Below are positions 34,250 through 47,185 of a DNA stretch of 64,000 bases, piece by piece. The position numbers were made by a program, and so were the translations under genes. Source of the stretch: Octopus sinensis (Eukaryota); contig NC_043002.1 of the NCBI RefSeq assembly GCF_006345805.1, forward strand, positions 88,598,001-88,662,000, read 5' to 3'. Position 1 is the stretch's first letter. Each line of letters starts with the position of its first letter. The notes under the pieces are model-generated. The model was not told the DNA's origin. It worked only from the letters and a program-made list of their open reading frames with translations, and ran no database searches.

Positions 34250-34254
<5 letters not shown>
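34119..34254. repeat. Palindrome of two tail-to-tail RTE-tail ends joined through (GAT)n/(ATC)n
   Basis: atgtatcgtccagcccatgctagcatgg...gat|atc...gctagcatgggttggacgatacat, centre at 34183/34184. Confidence 0.8.
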
Positions 34255-34331
<77 letters not shown>

Positions 34332-34599
34332 TATACATACATTTCATCATGTTGAACCAATAATCTCAAAACATTTTTTCTCTCCCCATTTTATCCTGTC
34401 AATCCTTTCTGTTGAAGAGTATAGGCTCAAAACATCAAAGACTTTTCCATTCTTCTTAAGCATCAAACTAATATACCTGCTTGCTGTTCCCTCACCTGTC
34501 TCTGTCTTTTGTTTTCGGTAAATTCAAATTACATGCACACACATGCACACCTATGTATGTATGTATGTATGTATACACACACACACACACATATATATA

Positions 34600-35160
34600 T
34601 GCAAGTGTGCGGTGAATAAGCTGTCATCTGAATTACACAAAAGTGAAAATGACACTGACATCTCATTCTAACAGATATATTTACCAAAATTACATAAGAA
34701 TTTCTTAAAATACTAAAGAGTAAATTCATTCAATAAAATCGCCATTGGCTTCAACCACGGCCTCCAGATGACTTGTTTAAGTTGGTGAATGCTGCCATAA
34801 TCTTTGCCTTCAGTTCATCTTTGATGTTACAAGGAATTTTGTTGGTCTCTCGCTCAACTGCACCCCACACATAATAATCAAGGGGATTGCTGTCTGGTGT
34901 GTGAGGTGGCCAGATGTTAGGGGTGAAGTGAAATTGTATGACAGCCATGACTTGGTTCTCCTCCTTATGTGACATGGTGCAGAGCCCTGTTGTCAGACAT
35001 AGGGTCATCCTGCAGCCACCCTCTTGACCAAGGGCAGCACTACCTCCTCCAGGCACTTGATGAAGGCCTACATGTTGAGTCTGAGGCCATGTGGGAAGAT
35101 GAATGATCACTCCAAACAGCATGATGTTGACTGGATGTTTGATTTTTATCACTCTCAGTA
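34600..35160 (-). mobile_element. Tc1/mariner-superfamily transposase 3' fragment (DD37D/maT-like), decayed
   Basis: ORF 34751-35152: KIKHPVNIMLFGVI...NIWPPHTPDSNPLDYYVWGAVERETNKIPCNIKDELKAKIMAAF (WPP.SPD.NPLDY motif). Confidence 0.8.
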
Positions 35161-35439
35161 CATGTCCTCAGATTGCACTGTTTTCAGATTGACAGCCAAA
35201 CACTTAGAAATGCTCATATTGGAGTTTCTGGCACGAATGCCAAGCAGTACAGCATGTCATTTCCAAATTTCTGGCAGAGTGAATCGTATCATGGTGCTGG
35301 TTTTCTCACAAACAGTGCCCAACTGACCCTACCATGCTCTGTAGTTGACAAAATCAAAAACAAACAATGTGCAAACGTAAAATTTAAAATATAAAAGGGC
35401 AACAATTTACCCATTGCACCCTGCATTTATATATATATG

Positions 35440-36010
35440 GCCGATTCTTTCTAATCACCCTCTGAGTGCTTTGTTTAGATACTGCTTGATCTATTCCGCC
35501 AATGATCATTTTTTGATTTATCCATTGATCTGGCAAAAAATCTTGTTCTCCCTGTGGCACCTTTTTTTGTCCCTACTACAACTTCAGTTTTTAAAGGAGT
35601 TGCACTTGCTACAGGAAATATCAAATAAATCTTTTGTTGCATTGTTTTTAAACATAATACACTTTGTTTGAAACAATGACACATTTTTTTCCTATTTTAC
35701 ACAGAGTTTAGTAACACTTGGTACTTTAGATAAAAGTTTAAAGATTTTCGGTTCAACTGACTCAGTTGTAACACAAGGGGTGGATGTCTTTTGCCAAAGA
35801 AGAATTATCTTCTCTATTTGTTACAATTTTGACAATTTGTTTATTTGATGGATCTTTCTTAACTACACTCTGTTCTTTTTCTCGTTCAAATAAAACACAT
35901 TTTAGTACGTCCTTGTAAGTTGGCCAAACTCGCTCGCTAAGATCACATAGAGTATCAAATATTGAGCATTCAATATCATGATGCATTATTGGCTTATGAG
36001 TCATCACTAA
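35440..36010 (-). pseudogene. N-terminal fragment of a DNA transposase, hAT (hATm-like) by recalled similarity
   Basis: Frames read ECSIFDTLCDLSERVWPTYKDVLK...KDPS, IILLWQKTSTP, DLFDISCSKC, VPQGEQDFLPDQWINQKMIIGGID. Confidence 0.45.
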
Positions 36011-36384
36011 ATGTAAACAACACTAAATTTAAAACGATCATTAATTTTAATACAATGGCCTAAAGTCAAGGTACAAAGCAGAAAACTTCACACACGTCCG
36101 ATGTACATCCACACTCAACGACCGTTGCAGCGCCACTGGAGAGAAGTTTACGCTCCCGTTCTCTTTATAGTCAATGCAGAACTCAAGATATTAGTCAATT
36201 TTATTGAAATTTGGTATTCAACCCCTTAAGTATACTCTATTTACTGTTTTGCATTCTGCAATGTAGAAATATGTATTTGTTATTACTTAAAATCCTAGAA
36301 ATTCAAAATTTGATAAAAAATTTTGGATTTAGCAATTTAAAAAATTTTCAGTTGTATTGCAGAGCCTGAAAAGAATATTTAACC

Positions 36385-36622
36385 TATTTCTTTATTACCC
36401 ACAAGGGGCTAAACACTGAAGGGACAAACAAGGGCTGACAAAGGGATTAAGTCGATTACATCGACCCCCCCCCCCCCAGTGTGTAACTGGTACTTAATTT
36501 ATCGACCCCGAAAAGGTGAAAGGCAAAGTCGACCTCGGCGGAATTTGAACTCAGAACATAACGACAGATGAAATACGGTTATGCATTCCACCTGGCTTCC
36601 TAACGTTTCTGCCAGCTCGCCA
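36385..36622 (-). mobile_element. SINE family A
   Basis: Reverse complement of family A; lies inverted to the copy at 36866-37100. Confidence 0.85.
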
Positions 36623-36865
36623 ACCACAATGTTCTTTATACGCCTTTCTTTTAACCCTAGTTCACGACAAAATATCAATATTTGGTTACCAATTTCAAAA
36701 GCTGCATTTTTCGCTCCAACCTTATATGTGTGTGTGTGTGTGTATACACGCACACACACACACACACACACATACACACACATACACACACATACACACA
36801 CACACATACATACACACACACACAATGGGCTTCCACATAGTTCTTGTCAATGAAATTTACTCTCA

Positions 36866-37100
36866 AGGCGGGGAGCTGGCAGAAGCGTTAGCACGCCGGG
36901 CGAAATGCTAAGCAGTATTTCATCTGTTGCTACGTTCTGAGTTCAAATTCCACCGAGGTCAACTTTGCCTTTCATCCTTTCGGGGTCGATTAAATATGTA
37001 CCAGTTACACACTGGGGTCGATATAATCGACTTAATCCGTTTGTCTGTTCTTGTTTGTCCTCTCTGTGTTTAGCCCCTTGTGGGTAGTAAAGAAATAGGT
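36866..37100 (+). mobile_element. SINE family A
   Basis: ggcggggagctggcagaagcgttagcacgccgggcgaaatgc...tgggtagtaaagaaatag. Confidence 0.85.
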
Positions 37101-38018
37101 ATTGGTTGTTGGGCTATAGTAGAAGACATCTGGCCAAGCTGCCATGCAGCAGGACTGAACCTGAAAACATACGATTGCACAGGAAGCTTCTTACCCACAC
37201 GTCTATGTCTATTCTTAGTTTTGTTTCTGTTAGTTGTATTTTACGATTCATATGGTCTGTAGGAAGAAACTGTGCTCCCTGCTTTCATAAGTTCTTCAAG
37301 ATTGGTAAGAGATAGAAGCCATTAATGTTCTTGAATAGTCTACAAGTTGACAGCTGCAGGTAAAAAATAAAAAGTAGAATAAAATAAAGAAACAAGGCTA
37401 ATTCATTTTCCTTAGACCACAGTTGTTCATGGAGAATGCATGTGGGTCATAACATCCCATTGCTCTTGCCTTTTAATAAATCTGAGTCATTGTGCTTGTC
37501 TAAGAAATCAATATGTACAGGAATACTGTAGCTAAGTAATTAAATAGTTGAACTACTAACCTAAATTCCCATGATTTCACTGAAAACAAGGATTTTTAAC
37601 ACAAAAGAAGATATATCCAACCTTAAACCTCCAATCTATTTGTAACTGTTCTTCCAAATATATGAGTTTGCAAAAACTATTCAGTCTAGCATGGAAAATA
37701 CATGAATATTCATTAAGAAATGAAAGTATACAGAGAGTTAGCTGATGAATAATGTAAGTGTTATACAATAGAATTGTCATGGCAATGATTAGAAACAAAA
37801 TGCTATTGAAGTACTGATTAAAATTCTGTGTTTTCATCATCATCATCATCATCATCATCGTCGTCATCATCATTGTTACTGTCATTTAACATCTGTTTTA
37901 TATGCCAGTATGGGTCAGATGGTTTGACAGGAGCTGGTGAGCCAGAGGACTGTGCCAAGCTCCAAGTGTCTGTATTCAAGTGTGTACATGTATATGTGTT
38001 ATGTGTTTATGTGTATAC

Positions 38019-38057
<39 letters not shown>

Positions 38058-38789
38058 TGAGAGAGAGAGAGAAAGAGATGAAGAGAGAGAGAGAGAGAAT
38101 TCATATGTGTATATGTATGTATGTATGATTGTCATTTCTCAAGTATGAGTATATATGCATGCATATAAAGTTTTAAATGGCTGTATATGGCTTTTTATAT
38201 ATGTCTATTAGCGTAACTGAATGCTTATTTAGTTTATACATATGTGTACGTGATTATATATCAGATATATGTAAGCATGTATAAGTATGTCTTTTGCTTA
38301 TGCCTTTATTCATTAATTGGTGTGATTGTATATACATGAGAGAGATAAAGAAAGCAATAAACAAACACAGACTGACATATATATATATATATAGAGAGAG
38401 AGATGGTGGGTAGAGTTAATGTGCTTTGTGTTTGTGATTTCTTTGAATCATGAAAGGGTTTTTTGTTTGATTTTTGTTGGTTTTTTTTTTGTTTTGTTTT
38501 GTTTTTTGCAAATGAAACATTTCATATTAGGAAGTTAAATTAATAGACATGAAAGTAATTACAGATTAATTACTAGGTTAGCTAAACCTGATAATGAAAT
38601 GAAGGATTTTTAATTAGATACATGATCATACGAACCTGAAATTGTCCTTGCTTCAAGATTAAAGAGAACCTAATACTTAATGGGTTAAATTATTTCAGAA
38701 GGAGATTGGTATAGTAATTTCCATGATGACCAAAACTACATGGGAATGCTATCTGCATGGAAAATATTTTGTAAAGAAAATGTTAGGAT

Positions 38790-39348
38790 AGGCATAGGAG
38801 TGGCTGTGTGGCTTACGAACCACATGGTTCTGGGTTCAGTCCCACTGCGTGGCACCATGGGCAAGTGTCTTCTACTATAGCCTCGGGCTGACCAAAGCCT
38901 TGTGAGTGGATTTGGTAGATGGAAACTGAAAGAAGCTCGTCGTATATATGTATATATATGTGTATATGTGTGTGTGTATATATGTTTGTGTGTCTGTGTT
39001 TGTCCTCCCCAACATCACTTGACAACCGATGCTGGTGTGTTTACATTCCCGTAACTTAGCGGTTTGGCAAAAGAGACTGATAAAATAAGTACAAGGCTGA
39101 GAAAGAATAAGTCCTGGAGTCGATTTGTTCGAGTAAAGGCAGTGCTCCAGCATGGCCACAGTCAAATGACTGAAACAAGTAAAAGAGAGTAAAAGAGTAT
39201 AGGCACAAGTGTGGCTATGTAGTAAGACGGTTACTTCCCAACAACATGGTTCAGGGTTCAGTCTTACTGTATGGCACCTTGGGCAAGTGTCTTCCAGTAT
39301 AGCTTCAAGTCGATCAAAGCCTAGTGAGTGGATTTGGTAGACAGACAC

Positions 39349-39386
<38 letters not shown>

Positions 39387-39730
39387 GCATGTGTGTGTGT
39401 CTGTGCTTGTATTGGTGTTTATGTCCCCATAACTTAGTGGTTTGGCAAAAAGACTCAAAAGTCTACCCTGACATCTCACTATCATTAATACTTCTTTCTT
39501 ATTGCTTTTCGGCCCCATTTGGTCACTTCCACCCTCTCTTTTAAAATATGAGTGGTCATAGGAGCATGTGTGGCTGTGTGGTAAGAAGCTTACTTCCCAA
39601 CTACATGGTTCTGGGTTCAGTCCCACTGCATGGCAGGTCAATTTCTTTGACTAAAAAATCCTTTAAAGTGGTGCTCCTGCATGGCCACAGTCAAATGACT
39701 GAAACAAGTAAAAGAATAAAAGAATAAAAT
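38790..39730 (+). mobile_element. Cluster of three family B SINE copies (one full, two partial)
   Basis: Heads at ~38790, ~39205 and ~39560. Confidence 0.75.
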
Positions 39731-40224
39731 AATGCAGCTCCACTACAACAAAAACCCTTTTCTGTTCTGGCCCCTTCTCTCTCATAGTTATACTCCTTTC
39801 TTTCCCCCCATTCTACTTGGTAGGTTTGTTGGAACATCAAATAGATTGCTTTGCAGTAACCATTCCAGCTCTGTGCACAATGAGTTCAAATTCTACCAAA
39901 GTCGGTTTTGCCTTTTAGTCTTTCAAGGTCAATAAATAAAATATCAGTATTGGAGAAAATTCTTCCCTTTCTCCAACTATTTCTTTCTTTATTTACCGTT
40001 TTTGAAATCAGTGTATGAATTCAACGGATTTCTTATAAGGTGACAAGGTGAGCTGAGTTTAACCTTAGGCGTGGTAAGAGCCACCAATGAGAATTAAGAT
40101 GCTCTGCATCAAAATTTGAAATCACCAGTGATCTGGCATCAAACAGATTGCTTTGCAGTAACCATTCCAACTCTGTGCACAGCGAGTTCTGTATTCTGTG
40201 CACATTTCTGTGCACAATGAGGCA

Positions 40225-40790
40225 GCGAGCTGGCAGAAACATTAGCATGCCGGGCGAAATGCTTAACGGTTTTTCATCTGCTGTTACGTTCTGAGTTCAA
40301 ATTCTACCGAGGTCGACTTTGCCTTTCATCTTTTCAGGGTCGATAAATTAAATACCAGTTACGCACTGGGGTCGATGTAATCGACTTAATCCGTTTGTCT
40401 GCCCTTGCTTGTCCTCTCTGTGTTTAGCCCCTTGTGGGTAGTAAAGAAATAGGTATTTCATCTGCTGTTACATTGTAAGTTCAAATTCCGCTGAGGTCGA
40501 CTTTGCCTTTCATCCTTTCAGGGTTGATAAATTAAGTACCAGTTAATTTATCTCTATGTTTAGCCCCTTGTGGGTAATAAAGAAATAGGTATTTCATCTG
40601 CTGTTACGTTCTGAGTTCAAATTCCACCGAGGTCAACTTTGCATTTCATCCTCTCAGGGTCGATAAATTAAGTACCAGTTACGCACTGTGGTTGATGTAA
40701 TCAACTTAATCCCTTTGTCTGTCCTTGTTTGTCCCCTCTATGTTTAGTTCCTTGTGGGCAATAAAGAAATAAGAATGCATCATTATTATG
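40225..40790 (+). mobile_element. Head-to-tail trimer of SINE family A
   Basis: A full copy followed by two 5'-truncated copies, both joined at aaagaaatag|gtatttcatctg. Confidence 0.8.
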
Positions 40791-40882
40791 GCTTTTATTT
40801 CTGCACCAGCAAAATTCTTGTTGATAAGATGGAAAAAGAGCATCTGATGTCCCATGTATGGTGTGATATTTCTCTTTAACTC

Positions 40883-41311
40883 GGATCTTTTCGGTTTGAA
40901 CGGCAGTTTTTTCTAGCGGTGTCATATGAAATTGTCACCTATAATTATGACCCTAGTATCGATCTATTGCATTTCAATCTGTTTTAGAGTTAGGGTTAGG
41001 GTTTGGGTTAGGGGTGGGGGGAAGGGTATCTTTTTTTCTCCATGAATGTAAATAAACCCAATCTGTTTCTTAAACGAGGGACATATTCATACGGCACAGA
41101 ATGTTTTGTACCTCAATAGACGTCAGTGATTGGTTGAAATTGCAGAAATTGAAGAAAAAAAACAAAAAATATCTTACAAACTATAGAATTTTCTCAATAA
41201 AGCCAAGAGAAAAAGATGTTTTATAAACACATTCTACCAGTATACGAAGTTTAAAATTTTTTAGTTACCTAGAAATTATGTTAAAAACTGCCGTTCAAAC
41301 CGAAAAGATCC
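40883..41311. mobile_element. MITE (Merlin-like by GG..CC TIRs and 8-9-bp TSD), copy 1
   Basis: TIR ggatcttttcggtttgaacggcagtttt / aaaactgccgttcaaaccgaaaagatcc, 8-bp TSD tttaactc, internal ttagggttaggg tract. Confidence 0.8.
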
Positions 41312-41844
41312 TTTAACTCTACTCCACATGACTTCTGTAGTGTTTTTTGTTAATTGATGAATCAAAATGCAGACTGTGGTTGACTGCTGAACGGTTTTGC
41401 TGTTGTTTGTAGGCACACCAACAATCCGGGATAAGATTTATGGAGATTACATCTGACAGAGATTTAAGCAGATTTATGATTTTCCATTTTTATCCTATAG
41501 GTGCAGGTGTGGCTGTGTGGTTAAGAAGTTTACTTCTCAACCACTGGTTTCAGGTTCATTCCCACTGAGTGGCACCTTGAGTATGTGTCTTCTGCTATAG
41601 TCCCAAGTTGACCAGAGAGTTGTGAGTGGATTTACCAGAGGGAAACTGAAAGAAGCCCTTCATATATATATGACTGTGTGGTGAGATATTTACTCTCCAA
41701 CCACATAGTTCTGGGTTTAGTACCCCTGAGTCACACCTTTGGCAAGTGTCTTCTACTATAGCCTCGGGCCAACCAAAGCCTTGTGAGAGGACTTGGTAAA
41801 TGAAAGCTGAAAGAAGTCTGTCATGTGTGCGTGTGTGTCTTTGT

Positions 41845-42085
41845 ACCTTTTCTTATTTCTTTACTACCCACAAGGGGCTAAACATAGAGGGGATAAACAA
41901 GGACAGACAAAGGGATTAAGTCGATTACATCAACCCCAGTGTGTAACTGGTACTTAATTTATTGACCCTGAAAGGATGAAAGGCAAAGTCGACCTCGGCG
42001 GAATTTGAACTCAGAACGTAGCGGCAGACAAAATACTGCTAAACATTTTGCCTGGCGTGCTAACATTTCTGCTAGCTTGCTGCCT
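41845..42085 (-). mobile_element. SINE family A
   Basis: Reverse complement of family A. Confidence 0.85.
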
Positions 42086-42099
42086 TGTACCGTTTCTCT

Positions 42100-42502
42100 C
42101 TCTCAGCACCTCTTCACAGGTCTTCCAGATTACTCTTCATCTTCCAAGGACATTCTTTGGCTTTTGAAGTACCCGTACCACTTGAAATATTGCATACAAC
42201 CCAATTATCTCATCGCTGTAAGCTTGCTGAAGCATGCTCAATGTTTCTGCAGCAGACTTCCCAAGTTTAACACAAAGTTTTATGTTGGCTCTTTGTTCCT
42301 GTCCATGACAAAATCACAGACTACAGCATACACATGATCACAAAAACACAAATTTCAGAACTTGCAAAGTAAACACAGCAATGTCACTCAGCACACTGCC
42401 TCATGAAGGTCACTGCTAGCCCTCACTGTATACACAACCATGTGCTGCCGTCTGTTGGTGCACTACAGAACTAGTCTGAAAACTTTTTGATAAAACCTCA
42501 TA
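42100..42502 (-). mobile_element. Mariner 5' fragment (TIR and HTH region)
   Basis: ta|tgaggttttatcaaaaagttttcagac TIR, then EQRANIKLCVKLGKSAAETLSMLQQAYSDE...SLEDEE*SGRP. Confidence 0.75.
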
Positions 42503-43099
42503 TCTGTGTGCATGTGTGTGTTAGTGTCTCCTTGTCTTGACATCAGTCGATGGTTGTAAATGAGCGTCACCACCACCATACAATATAAGAGGTGTCCTTC
42601 ATACTTTGCTTCCAATCTTCCACAAAAACATGTCTTGCCAAGAAGAAATATTACTGTATTCAGAAAAAAGGTGTGGTTGGTAACAGGAAGGGTATCTTAA
42701 CCATTGGAAAATTGTGTCAACAAGTTCTGTCTGTCCCATGCGAACTTGGATAAGTGAACATTAAAACAATGGTGATGAGCGTGGTAGTGGGGGGTTGGAG
42801 GAGGAGGGGGGGGGTGGATATGAGAGGGAGGGGAGGGGAGGGGAGGGAGGAGGAGGAGGAAGGGGAGGAGTGGAGGGCTTACACCTTCATTTTATGATCA
42901 TAAACCAAAAGAATATTGAACAAAGAATGGAAAATAAATATATTCTCATATTATATTCTCATATACCTGTTTTCAGTCATTGTATCGTAGTCATGCTGGA
43001 GCACCACCCTGAAAGATTTAGTCAATCAAATTGCTTATTTTTAAGTCTGATACTTTACTTTATCAGACTCTATTTGTTGAAATGCTAAGTTATGCTGTT

Positions 43100-43350
43100 T
43101 TAGAATGGTGTTGTTCTGGTAACCAGAGTATGTGACCCTGCTACTTTTAACCTTCATTCTGTGATTATTTCGCCGAGTGGTCTTATGTTGGCTCTCTTTA
43201 GAATGTCTTGATTGGTTATGTAGTCTTGCCTGTATGTCCTTAGAATCCTTCTCATGCATCTTTGGTGAAACACCTCTAGCCTTCTGCCAATTTGCCCAGT
43301 GTTCTTCATGTCTCTCTAGCATAGAGAACTGTCAGTTGTCACACACTAAG
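43100..43350 (-). pseudogene. RTE-clade RT C-terminal fragment
   Basis: RRLEVFHQRCMRRILR...DYITNQDILKRANIRPLGEIITE*RLK. Confidence 0.7.
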
Positions 43351-43389
43351 AGATAAATATAAAGACATACTCAGTCAACAGTCTATCCA

Positions 43390-43720
43390 TCATCATCATC
43401 ATTGTTTGACCGTGGTCGAGACAATGGAATTTACTATGCTACGCCAGACTTCACGGTCCATCATGGCATTACGGAGGTCCTGTTGCTGGATGCCTGTATC
43501 CCTAGAGATTACATCAGGGTAGGAGAGTGTGCGCCCTCTGGTATTGCGAGTAGATAGCTTCCAGAGGAGAAGAGTAGAAATTGCCACGTTTTCATCTCTA
43601 CAACAATGTCCAGCAAACTGGACTCTCCTACCTTTCACAAGAGATGACACAGGTGGTAGTTTCCCATATATTTGCATTTTGGTTGGATGACGCTTCCACA
43701 TTCTATCCACATTGAGAGAT
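43390..43720 (-). mobile_element. 5'-truncated RTE/RTEX-like LINE 3' end with (ATG)n tail
   Basis: ORF 43399-43737: WKRHPTKMQIYGKLPPVSSLVKGRRVQFAGHC...SYPDVISRDTG...AMMDREVWRSIV*. Confidence 0.75.
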
Positions 43721-44129
43721 GATAAGTATTGAACCAAAACCTAAATGTATTCAAGACAGAGACAGGAGAGAACTACAAATCTCCCAGAATTAAAATGGTT
43801 GATGACACCAAATTTCCAATCAATTAAAATTTAAGCATTGGTTCAACATTTACCCTCCCCACCTTTACAAAGATGGGGACGGAGTCTTGATTGATTAAAA
43901 AGCTTCCTTGGTTGAAATATTTTAAGTGTTAGCTCTTACTTTACTCTAATTTGAATAATTTACTTTCCATGCTTTCACCTTTCTAAATGTAATTTAAATC
44001 TGTTTAACATAAAAAACAAAAACAAATTCTAAAATACCTAATAACATTTAATTTAAATCCTCCTTTTTTCCGTTCCTTTTTATGTTTTTTTGCATCTGAT
44101 AAATTCTAAAATTTTCGACAATTTACCAA

Positions 44130-44425
44130 AGAAGAAAATGAAGGAGGAGGAGAAAAGGAGGAGGAGGAGGAGAAGAAGAAGAAGAAGAAGAAGAAGAAGA
44201 AGAAGAAGAAAGAAGAGAAGAAGAGAAGAAGAAGAAGAAGAAGAAGAAGAAGAAGAAGAAGAAGAAGAAGAAGAAGAAGATAGAAGAAGAAGAAGAAGAA
44301 AGAAAGAGAAAGAAGAAGAGAAGAGAAGAAGAAGAAGAAGAAAAGAAGAAGAAGAAGAAGAAGAAGAAGAGAAGAAAAGAAGAAAAAGAGAAGAAGAAGA
44401 AGAAGAAGAAGAAGAAGAGAAGAAG
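44130..44425. repeat. (GAA)n/(GGA)n polypurine tract
   Basis: Directly visible; source of the E/R-rich ORF 44090-44464. Confidence 0.95.
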
Positions 44426-44731
44426 CGGTGCTGGTGGGGAGGGTGTTATAAGCCGCCTAGATAGTTGCTGTTGTTTAACCCAAGGTTCACTCTCTGATCA
44501 AGCAGACCTATTTTCAAGGCTTGTCCCACCCATCATCATCCCATATTACTTTCAGGCGTTGTTCTTGCAGTCATGGCTGTGTGGTTAAACACTTCACCTT
44601 TTTTTTTCAGGAGTGGGGATCAGTTCTGCTGCACAGCACCTTAGGCTGTAGTCTTCTGCTGTAGTTCCAAGCAAATCAATACCTTGTGAATGAATATGGC
44701 AGACAAAAATTATATGAAGCAACATTGCACA

Positions 44732-44773
<42 letters not shown>

Positions 44774-44844
44774 CATGTATGTGTAGCATGTGTGTATGTA
44801 CATGTTTGTGTTTTATGTGTACACATATGTGTGATGTGTGTGTT

Positions 44845-44877
<33 letters not shown>

Positions 44878-45374
44878 CTGTCTGTCTGTCGGTTGGTCTG
44901 TCTGTCGGTTGGTCTGTCTGTCAGTCTGTGTTTGAATGCTTCCATTCAGCACTTTATATAAAACAGCACTGAACTACTAAGAGGGAAGTTTGTTGTCATT
45001 CCTCATCACCACATCATCTGCTAGCACAATGCTTCTTGAAGACATGTAGGGTAAGAATTCCCTGTCTTGAAAAAAAAACAGATCAAGATTAATGACAGGA
45101 AGACCGTTCAGCTATAAAACAATCCCTCAATAATTTATATTTATCTAACCCATACTAGCAATGAAAAATGGATGTAAACACATAAACAAACAAATATTGT
45201 ATCCTGGACTTCATCATGCAATGTGTCCTTTCTTTTTTCTTGAATCACACCTTGTTGGCTATTATTCATAGCAGGTCAAGCACTCTCATAGAGAGTCTCT
45301 TGTTGGTTTTATTCATAGGTGTATTTGATCTTGGTCCTGCCAGTTAGAAGAATATTGTAGCATATTTCTCCCAC

Positions 45375-45786
45375 AGATCTTTTCAGTTTGAACGGCAGTT
45401 TTTTCTAGCGGTGTCATATGAAATTGTCACCCATAATTATGACCTTAGTATCGATCTATTGCATTTCAATCTGTTTTAGGGTTAGGGGTGGGGGGAAGGG
45501 TATCTTTTTTTCTTCACAAATGTAAATGAACCCAATCTGTTTCTTAAACGAGTGACATATTCATACAGCACAGAATGTTTTTTTACCTCAATGGATGCCA
45601 GTGATTGGTTGAAATTGCAGAAATTGAAGAAAAAAACCCACAAATATCTTACAAACCATTGAATTTTCTCAATAAAGCCAAGAGAAAAAGATGTTTTATA
45701 AATACATTCTACCAGTATACGAAGTTTAAAATTTTTTAGTTACCTAGAAATTATGTTAAAAACTGCCATTCAAACCGAAAAGATCC
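45375..45786. mobile_element. MITE (Merlin-like), copy 2
   Basis: Same TIRs and body as 40883-41311; 9-bp TSD ttctcccac at 45366-45374 and 45787-45795. Confidence 0.8.
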
Positions 45787-45799
45787 TTCTCCCACTCAC

Positions 45800-46370
45800 A
45801 GAACTTAACTATCAGTTTTTCTATGCTGTTGGATGGCTCAACCTCAGCACAGCATCTTGCTACTTGTTGCAGCCCATCCTCATTTCCTTTGGGAAGTTCA
45901 GTATACTGTGCTCCATTGTCACTAGTTCTCTCTGCTTCTTCTTCCACAGGTTCCTTCAGCCTGGATCACTACCCCACCTCTTTACCCAACTGACATCCTC
46001 CCTGTATCCATGCGCATCATATATCCATACCAGTGTAGTCACTCTTTTGCACAACATATGCAGTTTCTGATTTCTTCTATACTTAGTCTCTTCATTCAGC
46101 CCATCTTTGCTACATCATTCAAGCATACCAACACTACATACTCACATCCCCATTTCTTTCCAGCCTTCACATATTCTAATTCAATACCTGTTTCATTAAC
46201 AAGTACATCACAACTTCATACACAAGCAGGATACAAATTGCACCTTGCTTAAAGATGAAGCCTCTTAGTTACCCACAGAGATAATAGCTTCCTGAACTTA
46301 ATCCATTTTGTCCTTGCTCTAGCTCCTATGCTTTCAGAACACCCACCTTCTCTGCTAATTAGACCACCTC
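45800..46370 (-). pseudogene. Decayed RTE-clade RT C-terminal fragment
   Basis: Minus-strand remnants G.MMRMD and EGTCGRR, same pattern as the fragment at 25915. Confidence 0.5.
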
Positions 46371-46794
46371 CTAAAATATCTAATTACATTCAATCAGATC
46401 ACCATCAGTTTACAAACATTTGGATGGAAGACAGCTGACATGCTGTTCCGATTATGTGAGTTTTATATTTTGACAGAACAAAACCTGTTTGTTTTAATCT
46501 GCAGCAGTTAAAAAACAACATAGTGCGGAAAAACATTTGTTATTGACACAAATGTGATACGGTTCTATTCTTCAGTGAAGTAAAAAGATTTCTTACATTG
46601 GCAAAAAACACCTAATTTATTAAGGATTGGATATAATTGTTTTAACTAGTTCCCAATAAATATTTTACATATGATGAAGCATGGCCTGAGAGTTAGAGTG
46701 TTGCACTCATGATCACAAGATTGTGGTTTCAATTCCCAGACCAGGTAGTGAATTATATTCTTGGACAAAACACTTTATTTCATATTTTTTTCTA

Positions 46795-47185
46795 CTCTAG
46801 GCACAAAGTCCGGAAATTTTGGGGAGGGGGCCAGTCGATTAGATCAACCCCAGTATGCAACTGGTACTTAAATTATCGACCCTGAAAGGATAAAAGGCAA
46901 AAGTCGACCTCAGTGAAATTTGAACTCAGAACATAAAGAGAGATGAAATACCTATTTCTTTATTACCCACAAGGGTTAAACACAGAGGGGACAAACAAGG
47001 ACAGACAAACGGATTAAGTCGATTATGTCGACCCCAGTGCGTAACTGGTACTTATTTAATCGACCCTGAAAGGATGAAAGGCAAAAGTCAACCTCAGTGA
47101 AATTTGAACTCAGAACATAAAGAGAGATGAAATACCACTAAGCATTTCACCCGGCGTGCTAACGTTTTTGCCAGCTCACTGCCTT
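46795..47185 (-). mobile_element. Head-to-tail dimer of SINE family A
   Basis: Same aaagaaatag|gtatttcatc junction as 40225-40790, on the minus strand. Confidence 0.75.

Noticed and set aside
40985-41012. ttagggttaggg telomere-like repeats
   Set aside because: Internal to a MITE with TIRs and TSD; not an interstitial telomere fusion.
44090-44464. Highly charged E/R/K-rich 124-aa ORF
   Set aside because: Translation of a (GAA)n tract.
46395-46560. Exon-like segment with a strong gtgagt donor (other candidates at ~6582, 38697 and 41412)
   Set aside because: No consistent open frame across candidates, no recognisable protein, and an implausibly short following intron.
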